DNA of 64,000 nt, from the NCBI GenBank assembly GCA_963776895.1, contig CAVZOL010000001.1:89321-153320 (forward strand), read 5' to 3'. A program made the translations under genes and the position numbers. The notes under the pieces are model-generated. The model was not told where the DNA came from, did no database searches, and saw only the letters and a list, made by a program, of their open reading frames with translations. This DNA is from Ignavibacteriota bacterium (GTDB lineage: Bacteria > Bacteroidota > Ignavibacteria > Palsa-1295). Shown here piece after piece: positions 35,421 through 43,974 of this stretch; the stretch's first letter is position 1; the number at the start of each line of letters is the position of its first letter.

Positions 35421-35485
35421 TTTTCAGAGTTTTCATGAACTCTGAAAATCTCATCCAATAATTTATCCAGATTATCTATCCAGAT
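35421..35485. promoter_or_regulatory. Operator-like repeats in the divergent CCP2 / lipoprotein intergenic region
   Basis: Perfect 11-bp inverted repeat TTTTCAGAGTT-6 nt-AACTCTGAAAA (35421-35448), plus a direct repeat TATCCAGAT x2 with 13-nt period (35464-35485). Confidence 0.4.
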
Positions 35486-35552
35486 TTCAGATAAGAATTT
35501 TCTCATCATATTCTCATTGTATTCTTATCTTTTCTGCCGTATGTTTGTGGTG

Positions 35553-36272
35553 ATGCGCTCTCTGTCACTTCCTTCGGGAATTTTTGGAATCATCAAAACC
35601 TGCCCCGCGTTACCGAATAACTATTTCATAAAGCACACGTTAAATTACAAACTCCATTTCAGTTATCTCTGCTTCGTTGCGGTACTATTTTCTGCTTGCA
35701 GCAAGAGCACCAGCCCACCAAATGTTACATCCACCGCTGTACCTGTTTTTGACTCCACCTCGTTCCCGAATAACGAGAATTTTGAGGTGAATGGACTGCC
35801 CTCTTTAGATGGCTGGGTTTTTCATCCATCTATCCCAGGTGACACGATCACGTTTTACGATGTCAGTGAAGGGGATTATGTTCCTCCCGGCGATACTGCC
35901 TCCTGGTCCATATCGTTGCGTAAAAGCGATGTGCCACCGATCACGAATAACGTTACCAAGAGTTTTATTCATTGCTCTAGTGGCATTTATTCGCTTACAG
36001 TATGGCTGAGAATGAAGAAAGTTCTCGATTCCGCGCAGGGATATAACCCCGTGGGGTGGGTTGGGATCGTAAAGCACAGTGGAGGCGTATTAGATACGAC
36101 CAGTGTCTCCGCCGGCGATAGCACAGGTTGGAACCCCGTTACGGTGCTTGATACGCTTTCTCTTCTGCCAACCGATACGGTTGCGCTGATGATCGCGTCG
36201 GGTATGTGCGACAGTAGTTGTCATGGTAACCCCTATTGGTACGACGAGATCACTTTTAAAAAGCTCCCTTAA
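35553..36272 (+). CDS. Lipoprotein with CBM/galactose-binding-like jelly-roll domain (paralog 1)
   Basis: Lipobox AVLFSAC. C-terminus ...HGNPYWYDEITFKKLP is shared with the next gene. The start codon is uncertain (35517 or 35553). Confidence 0.55.
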   Translation: MRSLSLPSGIFGIIKTCPALPNNYFIKHTLNYKLHFSYLCFVAVLFSACSKSTSPPNVTSTAVPVFDSTSFPNNENFEVNGLPSLDGWVFHPSIPGDTITFYDVSEGDYVPPGDTASWSISLRKSDVPPITNNVTKSFIHCSSGIYSLTVWLRMKKVLDSAQGYNPVGWVGIVKHSGGVLDTTSVSAGDSTGWNPVTVLDTLSLLPTDTVALMIASGMCDSSCHGNPYWYDEITFKKLP

Positions 36273-36297
36273 TATTATTCAGCAAAGAATAGAGACT

Positions 36298-36870
36298 ATG
36301 AATAAATTACTATTTGCTATCGTTTGCATTGGTAGCCTTGGGTTATTTTCTTGCAAGAGCACCACCACTTCAGCACCAACCTCACCTACCCGTTTTCCGC
36401 TGATAAATACGAATTTCGATTCGGGCGGAACACATGGTTGGAATGGCTGGACCTTTCGCCATACGTTCGATACCACCGATTTTGAGCAGGATGCCCCTCC
36501 TGGTGGTGGAACATGGGGGTTCAAGCTTCACTCTGTCGATTTACCTACTCAATCCAATAACATTATTCAAGGCTTCACAAATCTGTCGTCCGGCGTGTAC
36601 GAGTTCACGCTCTGGTCTCATACCAAGTATGTGTTTCCTGACAGCATTTTTCACCCGGCGTGGATGTCAATCATAAAAGAAAGTGGAGGTGTGACGACTA
36701 CTGTAACGGATTCTCTCACCGATAGTCTTGACTGGTTTCCTCAGACCATGGTGGACACGTTAACGTTGCTTCCTACTGACTCTGTTACGCTTGAAGTTTC
36801 CAGCGGATTAGCGATCATACATGGGAACCCCACCACAGTCGATGATTTTACCTTTGCGAAACTTCCGTAA
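36298..36870 (+). CDS. Lipoprotein with CBM/galactose-binding-like domain (paralog 2)
   Basis: MNKLLFAIVCIGSLGLFSC lipobox. Shares motifs with the upstream gene: GxYxxTxW, LLPTDxVxL and ...HGNPTTVDDFTFAKLP. Confidence 0.6.
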   Translation: MNKLLFAIVCIGSLGLFSCKSTTTSAPTSPTRFPLINTNFDSGGTHGWNGWTFRHTFDTTDFEQDAPPGGGTWGFKLHSVDLPTQSNNIIQGFTNLSSGVYEFTLWSHTKYVFPDSIFHPAWMSIIKESGGVTTTVTDSLTDSLDWFPQTMVDTLTLLPTDSVTLEVSSGLAIIHGNPTTVDDFTFAKLP

Positions 36871-36897
36871 AGGCAAATGGAGAAGTTGATGGAGGAA

Positions 36898-38148
36898 TTA
36901 TTCCTTCACGAATCGCTTCACGAACGAACTTCCATCCGAAAGTTGGAACGAAAGAACATAGCTGCCCGGTGCAAACTTCGCTAACGCCAGCTTTGTGTTT
37001 TGTCCGACGTTGTTAGCTGCATAGAGAACGGCCCCACGTTCGTCGGTTATCTCAATTCTGGCAATGTAATTGCCGGTGGAAGAATAATCTATCGAGATAT
37101 AGTCCTGTGCCGGATTCGGATAGATCGAACAGGTAGTTGCTGCGGGCGATTCACCAACTCGGGAGAGTGGGGAGTATGTTTGAACTGGTTCTGAGATCGT
37201 GATATGTCCAGAGGTGGGGCCAATATCATCTGTTGCAACGATGCCATAATAATTGGGGCCAACTGTATAAGGATATACTGCTGTCAAGGTACTATCAATG
37301 GTAACGAAATAGGCATACGTGCCTTTGGGATAATCCGGCGTTACGCAAAAGCGGCCATTGCTTTGATCGAGATCGCCAAGGCCGGCGACGTACTCGAAAT
37401 CTTCGATATAATACCCCAGCGGATATTGCGTGGATACCGGAGGGCCATACTGAGAAGCGTTTAGGACCGTTCCATTGGGCAAGGTTGTGCGCGTTGTTAT
37501 GGAACGTTTTTGATAGCTCGACTTCATTCTGCGAATGCCGCCGGAGCCATCGGTATTGGAATAACCATACGCTCCGTAGATGGGAAACCCATCGAAGGCA
37601 TATCCAATGATCGGGGAATGATGAAGGGAATCTTTATCATCGTAGATGCAAACAGGATTCAGATGATGATGGTACTCTCCGTTCGGCGCGGGATGCCCGA
37701 GACAGGAATCGAAACTCGAACCCTCCACAACGATCGCATTCTGGTCCCAGACGCCGGCATTTTGGTACGAATTGGCATCTTTGGCGTTAAACATGCTGAC
37801 ACCATTCGACCAAATGCCGATATGGCCAAGTGGAGTAGCCGTCGGGGTGCCGGTATTCGCGATTGGGAACCTGGTGATCTTAAAAAGGAAATTTTGATTC
37901 ACCGGTGTATTCGGATCGCCGGGCCACGGGCCAATATCATACGAGGGAATGCCTGTGCACGTGAGATACACATTGCTATCCGAATACTTCACCGATTGCA
38001 CATCGGTGGGATAACTGCCGTAGCCCGTCGCGCCGGTGGTGTTAACGACCCAGCTCACAATGCTGGGCGAAGTGGGTTGCGCCATAACCGGAATGGCAGA
38101 AAGAATGATCGAGCACAGAAGGATCAACAAGAAGAAGCGATTTTGCAT
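36898..38148 (-). CDS. YHYH-domain protein with T9SS C-terminal sorting domain
   Basis: GHPAPNGEYHHHLNP plus IIGYAFDGFPIYG (YHYH family). Signal peptide present. C-terminus [12 protein letters not shown]...GSYVLSF...FVKE. Confidence 0.75.
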   Translation of the reverse strand: MQNRFFLLILLCSIILSAIPVMAQPTSPSIVSWVVNTTGATGYGSYPTDVQSVKYSDSNVYLTCTGIPSYDIGPWPGDPNTPVNQNFLFKITRFPIANTGTPTATPLGHIGIWSNGVSMFNAKDANSYQNAGVWDQNAIVVEGSSFDSCLGHPAPNGEYHHHLNPVCIYDDKDSLHHSPIIGYAFDGFPIYGAYGYSNTDGSGGIRRMKSSYQKRSITTRTTLPNGTVLNASQYGPPVSTQYPLGYYIEDFEYVAGLGDLDQSNGRFCVTPDYPKGTYAYFVTIDSTLTAVYPYTVGPNYYGIVATDDIGPTSGHITISEPVQTYSPLSRVGESPAATTCSIYPNPAQDYISIDYSSTGNYIARIEITDERGAVLYAANNVGQNTKLALAKFAPGSYVLSFQLSDGSSFVKRFVKE

Positions 38149-38228
38149 AATTCAATAATAGAATATCTGTTAGTTTAACACCTCTTGGGAAATTTCATAA
38201 CGCCGGAAATCGCTGTATCCGTTTCGTA

Positions 38229-39128
38229 CTATTTCACGCCAATTCCGAGCATTCGGTCGCCAAAAATGCCGAATGTCTTGGTTATAAAATAATTGGGATA
38301 TTGGAGCGATTTCTTTATTGCTTTATCGAACGCACTGCCTCGCAGAGTAATGGTCGATGGCGGTTTTATGCGCTGAATGATCTTGATATCGGAATATCCT
38401 GCATTTTCCAGAATCTTTCGAAGTGTTGCGGGCGTGAATTCGTTAACATGATACGGTGGCATCTGCATTTTGCGAGGTTTGCCGAGCAGTTGTAGTCCGA
38501 TCGCGGCGGCGCGGCCGATCAGGGAATTAAACACGGCTGGAACTTCCACCGCAACCACGCCCGATGGCTTCAGCATCGTGTGCGCTTTTTTCAGCATGGG
38601 CAGCGGATCGACGAAATGTTCGAGCACATCGCCCATGAAGATCACATCGTAGGTATTTGGTGAGGCATTCCAATCTTCGAACGAGCTTTGTGTAACATCC
38701 AGCCCGAATTTTGTGCGGCATGTTTCTGTGCCGAGAGCAGCGAACTCAATTCCGCTGGCATCATACCCATGCGTCTTAGCATAGTTCAGGAAATACCCCA
38801 TGCCGCAGCCGATCTCAAAGAACTTTCCGTTCGGCTTGAATTTTTGTATTGCGCCGAGGATCGCTGGGAATTTTACAGAGCCTTTGATCGCGGCGGTCTC
38901 GTAATCGGTGGAGGCATGTGCGCCGAAATCCGCGCCATCGAAAAGAAAATATTCATCACTGTACATGAGGCGCAGATCGTCCTCGGTTGGGCGCGGATCG
39001 AGAAAAATAAATCCGCAGCGCGTGCATTTCCGCGCATCGAAGCGCTTGTTTTGGAGGAAATAGTACATCGGAAATGGCTTAGAGCCGGCATTTCCGCAGA
39101 CAGGGCAGTTACTGGTGGTTAATGTCAC
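38229..39128 (-). CDS. Class I SAM-dependent methyltransferase with N-terminal Cys4 zinc-ribbon
   Basis: CPVCGN...CTRCGF, then FFEIGCGMGYF (motif I) and VIFMGDVLEH. Confidence 0.75.
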   Translation of the reverse strand: MTLTTSNCPVCGNAGSKPFPMYYFLQNKRFDARKCTRCGFIFLDPRPTEDDLRLMYSDEYFLFDGADFGAHASTDYETAAIKGSVKFPAILGAIQKFKPNGKFFEIGCGMGYFLNYAKTHGYDASGIEFAALGTETCRTKFGLDVTQSSFEDWNASPNTYDVIFMGDVLEHFVDPLPMLKKAHTMLKPSGVVAVEVPAVFNSLIGRAAAIGLQLLGKPRKMQMPPYHVNEFTPATLRKILENAGYSDIKIIQRIKPPSTITLRGSAFDKAIKKSLQYPNYFITKTFGIFGDRMLGIGVK

Positions 39129-39160
39129 GCACGGTTAACCACAATTTTTGCAGAACGGGT

Positions 39161-39652
39161 TCACTTTCGCGAATTGACCATCGAAAGGACGAACCCACCT
39201 AAGATCAGAACCATATTCGCGCTGACGAGCGCGGTGTATCTATGATGCAGCGAATCGAACTCGCTTTTTGCTTCGATGTATTGTGCGGTTTGCTGTGGAT
39301 GGTCGAAATCGCCGATAGTGGAACGCAGGGCGTTCATGCGGTCTGTGGTTTGGATGGAATAGATCCAAAGAAGGATCATCGCAACGAAAATAGCGGCTGA
39401 TTCAGTCAGGCGAAGCGCACGCGCACCATCATTCCAGTTCAATGCAAGCAGAATGAGAGAAGAAGCAAGCGCAACGATCGCGCACACCCATTCGATGTGG
39501 TTCATTCTGGTAAGGATGACGCCATTAACCGTTCCCGCCAGCGTCTTCGATGGAAGCTGCTGAAAGATCGGTCCCGCAACGGCATAGCCAAGCATGATAA
39601 GCGCCCCGAGCCAAAGCCCAAGAGAGAGCGATTTGAGGATGGAAAGCAACAT
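39161..39652 (-). CDS. DUF4149-like integral membrane protein
   Basis: 163 aa with four predicted TM helices and a TMEM205/DUF4149-like layout. Confidence 0.5.
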   Translation of the reverse strand: MLLSILKSLSLGLWLGALIMLGYAVAGPIFQQLPSKTLAGTVNGVILTRMNHIEWVCAIVALASSLILLALNWNDGARALRLTESAAIFVAMILLWIYSIQTTDRMNALRSTIGDFDHPQQTAQYIEAKSEFDSLHHRYTALVSANMVLILGGFVLSMVNSRK

Positions 39653-39655
39653 GCT

Positions 39656-39907
39656 TTAATATTCGTCCTTTCGATCCATTATTTTTGTGATCCAAATGGT
39701 TTTCGATGCATCCTCGATCTCGTAGATTACCCTATAATCACCGGTGCGGATTCGGTACAGGTTTTGGAATCCCTTCAATTTCTTTACGCCAGGCGGACGG
39801 GGATCGGAGGAAAGCCCATCGAGATGGGGTGCAATCTGTTGCTGAACAAGAATCGGAAACTTGCGCCAATTTCGTATGGCGGCAGGCGTGAATTTAAGCT
39901 CGTACAC
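39656..39907 (-). CDS. RelE/ParE-family type II toxin
   Basis: LKGFQNLYRIRTGDYRVIYEIEDASKTIWITKIMDRKDEY is a canonical RelE/ParE C-terminal pattern. Confidence 0.8.
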   Translation of the reverse strand: MYELKFTPAAIRNWRKFPILVQQQIAPHLDGLSSDPRPPGVKKLKGFQNLYRIRTGDYRVIYEIEDASKTIWITKIMDRKDEY

Positions 39908-40088
39908 GGCGAGAGGCTTCTTCCATTTCGGCCTTTAGCTCGCGCCATGGTACACTTGGCTCTTTCGGTTCATTTTCTGCTTCAAGCCCATCCAAAAAGT
40001 CCCGCCATTCTTCGCCCCATTGAGCTAGATCGACCTGAGCTGCTACCCGAGCGCCCGTATCATCGGTGACGTATTTAATGCCTTTCAT
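39894..40088 (-). CDS. Antitoxin partner of RelE/ParE
   Basis: 64-aa ORF overlapping the toxin start by 14 nt. MKGIKYVTDDTGARVAAQVDLAQW is Phd/RelB-like. Confidence 0.6.
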   Translation of the reverse strand: MKGIKYVTDDTGARVAAQVDLAQWGEEWRDFLDGLEAENEPKEPSVPWRELKAEMEEASRRVRA

Positions 40089-40121
40089 ACCTACAATAAC
40101 CCCGAAGCTAATGAAAAATTC

Positions 40122-42266
40122 CTACGGTTGCAGCACAATGGGAATTTGCTGCGAGGCGCCATTCATGCGGACAATGGCCCAATACGCTCCCGGAGGCATG
40201 TTGGCGGCGTTCCAGGTGAAGGTATGCTCGCCGGCAGATAACTCACCCAACCCCGCGGAGGCGGGGAACAGCCGCGCAACCTCTGTGCCGAGAAGGTTTA
40301 CGATCGTTACTTCCGCCGCTCCGCTTTCGTGCGAGGTGAAGGAAATGGTGGTGGATTGGGTGAAAGGGTTGGGGTAGGAGGTAAGCGAAGTTTGTACCGG
40401 TGCTTGTGTCTCAACGGCGCTCGTGTTTAACATTTCGGATAGGGGGCGACGCCAGACACCGCTATAAGACGTACCCACAAACAAATTATTACCGCAAACT
40501 GCGAGAGAAAGAACATTAGAATCTCTCAAACCAGTACTGACGGAATTCCATTTTGTGCCATTATCAGTGCTAAGAAAAACGCCGCTGTCATTTCCCACAA
40601 AGACATTCGTTCCAGCCACCGCGAATCCATTTATAGAAGCAATCTCCGGCAAACCTGCATTCGCCAAAGTCCAGCTTGTGCCATTGTTGGTCGAAATAAA
40701 GACACCACTGTCTGATACAGCAAAGAGATTCATTTCGCTCGCCCCAAATAATAAATAAGGCAACGCTGTCAAGCCGGAATCGTCAGATGCACTCCAACTT
40801 AACCCATTATTGGTCGAGAGATAAACGCCACGATAGCCGTAGGTACCAATTACAGCAAAGATATTATCTCCACTAACTGCAATTGGACCGACAGTCGCTC
40901 CGTATGAGCTGGCGATCACCGAGTCAACTGCGGTCCAGCTTGATCCATCGTTACTAGATCGAAAAATGTATGCACCTGTAAATCCCTCAGTTCCCGCAAA
41001 TAAATTATCTCCGCTCGCCACAAGCGCAGTGACATCATCATTCGTCAAGCCATTACTGACCGAAAAAAAACTTACGCCGTTGTCGGTTGAAAGAAACACG
41101 CCTTGGTCGTTCCCCGCGAAAATATTCGTGCCGATCACTGCAAGGGATGCAGCAGCAGTCAGGCCGAGGCTAGGGGCTACCCAACTTGCGCCATTGTCTG
41201 TCGTTGAAGAAATGCCGCCGGAGTATGCCGCAAAAAGATTAGTGCCGCTTACTGCAAAGGCATTTACATCAGTGCTTGCCAAGCCTTTACTTGGTGCCTC
41301 AGACCAGCTTGCGCCATTATTGGTTGATAAAAAAACGGCTCCGCTTTTATACACAAAAAGATTCGTGCCCCACACCAAAGGAAGACCGGGAAAATTTGAG
41401 CACAATGTCCAGCTTTCGCCTAAGTCCGAAGATGAAAAAACGCGGTTTGCAGTACCTGCAAAAAGAACCGAATCAATGGCCGCAAGACCACCGATCGAAG
41501 AGCTATTCAAGCCAGCGGGCACCCAGCTAAACCCGTTATTCGTTGATAGATATACTCCACTGTCCCCGGTTCCTGCGAAGAGATTCGCGCCAATCTCCAC
41601 AAAGGAATTTGCAAACCCGCCGGGCAGGCCGCTACTCGCTGCAATCCAGCTTTCGCCGATGTTAGAAGAGAAAAAAACGTTAACCCCACTACCGTATTCT
41701 GTCTCTGCAAAGAGACCCGTACCAATCGACGTGAGGGCAATGACGATTGCTGTGGTGTTCAATCCATAATCTGCCTCAATCCAGCTTCCACCATTATCTG
41801 TAGAGACAAACACACCATTGCCAACTGCTACAAAGAGGTTCGTTCCGCTTACCGCGAGGGCTGTAACAGTAATGCCATAAGTATCTGTTAAACCGTTATT
41901 GACAGCCGTCCAGCTCTTGCCACTGTCAGTTGATCGAAAAACGCCCCCACCGTAATACTGCTCATAGCCGGGAGACGTGCCCGCGAAGAGATTCGTTCCA
42001 ACCACTGCAATCGCTGTCACACCACTATAACTGGTGTTCGGCAAGCCGTTACCCGCCCAAGTCCAGGTTGTCCCACTATCGGTCGAGCGGTAAACTCCAT
42101 CTTGAGTTCCTGAAAAGAGACTGGTTCCCATCGCAGCGAAACACGTAATACCAACTCCATATGGTCCACTACCTCCATAAGGCCCATTCGTCTGCACCCA
42201 CTGCGCGCTTACGTTCGGTGCGAAAGAGAGCGCAATTAAAAATATGAAAATTAGTTTCGTTATCAT
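40122..42266 (-). CDS. BNR/Asp-box multi-repeat propeller protein with T9SS sorting domain (BNR3)
   Basis: Signal peptide ...PNVSAQW. Boxes STDSGTTW, STDSGKSW, STDNGGSW, SSDLGESW, STNNGASW, TTDNGASW, STDNGTKW. C-terminus SYPNPFTQSTTISF...GAYWAIV...IVLQP. Confidence 0.8.
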   Translation of the reverse strand: MITKLIFIFLIALSFAPNVSAQWVQTNGPYGGSGPYGVGITCFAAMGTSLFSGTQDGVYRSTDSGTTWTWAGNGLPNTSYSGVTAIAVVGTNLFAGTSPGYEQYYGGGVFRSTDSGKSWTAVNNGLTDTYGITVTALAVSGTNLFVAVGNGVFVSTDNGGSWIEADYGLNTTAIVIALTSIGTGLFAETEYGSGVNVFFSSNIGESWIAASSGLPGGFANSFVEIGANLFAGTGDSGVYLSTNNGFSWVPAGLNSSSIGGLAAIDSVLFAGTANRVFSSSDLGESWTLCSNFPGLPLVWGTNLFVYKSGAVFLSTNNGASWSEAPSKGLASTDVNAFAVSGTNLFAAYSGGISSTTDNGASWVAPSLGLTAAASLAVIGTNIFAGNDQGVFLSTDNGVSFFSVSNGLTNDDVTALVASGDNLFAGTEGFTGAYIFRSSNDGSSWTAVDSVIASSYGATVGPIAVSGDNIFAVIGTYGYRGVYLSTNNGLSWSASDDSGLTALPYLLFGASEMNLFAVSDSGVFISTNNGTSWTLANAGLPEIASINGFAVAGTNVFVGNDSGVFLSTDNGTKWNSVSTGLRDSNVLSLAVCGNNLFVGTSYSGVWRRPLSEMLNTSAVETQAPVQTSLTSYPNPFTQSTTISFTSHESGAAEVTIVNLLGTEVARLFPASAGLGELSAGEHTFTWNAANMPPGAYWAIVRMNGASQQIPIVLQP

Positions 42267-42377
42267 GGTAGCGTTGCATTATTACATGAAAAACAATGGA
42301 TTTATCTCCTTGCGCACGGAACGGCTGCATTTCTGGTGCCGTTATATCTCTAAGAGAAAATTTTAAATCGTTTATTT

Positions 42378-42644
42378 ATGAAACGCACATTTGTGATATA
42401 TAATCCCTACCCCGGCAGGGAGCTTCTTCCTCTTGAGCGCAGCCACGGAGATCAAATGCACATGTACCTAGCTAATAATTTCACGGACGGTAATCAGCCA
42501 CCGATTTTCGAGGGGGTGTATGAAATCATGACTGATGAGAAGCGTAGTATCTACGATATTCTCGAAGAGCTCAAGTCTCCCTCGCTAATTGACACGCGTG
42601 ACATATTAAAAATTGTGCGTGGGGAAATAGTGAGTTCCATGTAG
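42378..42644 (+). CDS. Hypothetical protein (88 aa) in an AT-rich patch
   Basis: Intact ORF with no recognisable motif. Confidence 0.35.
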   Translation: MKRTFVIYNPYPGRELLPLERSHGDQMHMYLANNFTDGNQPPIFEGVYEIMTDEKRSIYDILEELKSPSLIDTRDILKIVRGEIVSSM

Positions 42645-42726
42645 GATCCTTTATCGGCTTTACTAAAGCTTTTTGAATTTTTTCGGTTGAAGAACGTGTT
42701 TTTTTAAATTATAAACTCGCTTAACT

Positions 42727-43035
42727 ATGGAAGATTTGATATTCGGTTATGAAGTCTCTTTTCGAAGAGAAGGCGGATTAAGTAAAGAAGATAATCAATT
42801 TATAACCTTCATAACTGAAAGGATCAAAAAATCTGACCCACTCAAATTAGTAGGGAAGGATTTGGCCAATTCCTATATGCTCTATCTTCTCTATAGTAAT
42901 CCAATCGGGATTGTTAATGCTGCCATTCGTGCTAGAATGGAGATAGAATACTATGGAAGTGACGCACCCGACGGCTTAGAGATTTTGCTCTACAATATTT
43001 GGACTCAAAGCTTCAAGAAGGTCGCTTTGACTTAG
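42727..43035 (+). CDS. Hypothetical protein (102 aa) in an AT-rich patch
   Basis: Intact ORF with no recognisable motif. Confidence 0.35.
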   Translation: MEDLIFGYEVSFRREGGLSKEDNQFITFITERIKKSDPLKLVGKDLANSYMLYLLYSNPIGIVNAAIRARMEIEYYGSDAPDGLEILLYNIWTQSFKKVALT

Positions 43036-43079
43036 TAACCCAATAAGTCACGGTTCAGACAATTATTTTTCAGAAACAC

Positions 43080-43300
43080 TTGACATTGCGATTTTTAGTG
43101 CGTATATTAGCATTTGCTTTGATGGGCACCTGTTGGCAATTATGAAGTATGAATTATGAAGTATGAATGGGGGGAAATTAGTAAGAAGTAAGAGTTGAGA
43201 AGTAAGAAAATGAGGGAAGAAGTTCATTGACAATTCACGGCGTTCGTTTTCTTTGCGGAAGCATGCTGTGGATAACTATTTTACGAAATGGTGAATCTGC
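43080..43300 (+). ncRNA. Copy B of the promoter-bearing conserved element; forms the 5' part of the rpsO leader
   Basis: TTGACA (43080-85), 17 nt, TATATT (43103-08), 11 nt, TGATGGGCACC (43120-30). Then tatgaag/tatgaat and gtaagaa heptamers and gttcattgacaatt. Weaker similarity to copies A and C continues to about 43300. Confidence 0.45.
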
Positions 43301-43564
43301 GCTGATTCCGCCAGAGTTCATGAACTCCAAATGCAAAAAAAAATATTTCCATTGTCATTCAGACAAATGGATGCTCAGTTTGACTCTGGGTCACCGCGAA
43401 GGATGGTTGCGGAATTATACACACTCTGGCCTCGTTTTGCGGACTTCAAATTGAAAAACGGTCTCAAACGGGGACGTCGCATGGGCGATCGTGCGACTTG
43501 GCTGCCGGATGCTACTATAGCGCGCGGTATCGGCAGCATCATAATTAGCGCTATTATACATATC

Positions 43565-43834
43565 ATGCCAGTTACGAAAGAAAAGAAGCAGCCATTTGCT
43601 GCGAAATTCGGCAAAGCGCCGAACGATACGGGGAGCGCGGAAGTCCAGATCGCCATCCTCACCGAACACATCAATTCACTCACACCGCATTTCGAGAAGA
43701 ATCCCAAAGATCATCATGGCCGCCGCGGGCTGCTGAAGATGGTCGGCCAGCGCCGCAGTCTGCTCGATTATCTGGCGAAGAAGGACCTCAATAAATACCG
43801 CGCGCTTATCCAGGAATTGGATATTCGTAAGTAG
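43565..43834 (+). CDS. rpsO: 30S ribosomal protein S15
   Basis: [70 protein letters not shown]. Confidence 0.95.
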   Translation: MPVTKEKKQPFAAKFGKAPNDTGSAEVQIAILTEHINSLTPHFEKNPKDHHGRRGLLKMVGQRRSLLDYLAKKDLNKYRALIQELDIRK

Positions 43835-43837
43835 TGG

Positions 43838-43963
43838 ATAATTGAACAGTGGATAGTGGATAGCAAATAGTTACTACTTCAACTCGATAAAACTATTTCA
43901 TCCATCGATGCTATCCACATTCATTTATACACGTTTCGTTATCCACCCTCCACTATCCGTTAT
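43838..43963 (+). promoter_or_regulatory. Long imperfect hairpin of GTGGATA-type heptamers in the rpsO-pnp intergenic region (candidate pnp leader / processing hairpin)
   Basis: agtggatagtggatagc ... gctatccac ... ttatccaccctccactatcc, with inner stem aaatagtt/aactattt. Confidence 0.45.
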
Positions 43964-43974
43964 ACACTAACACA

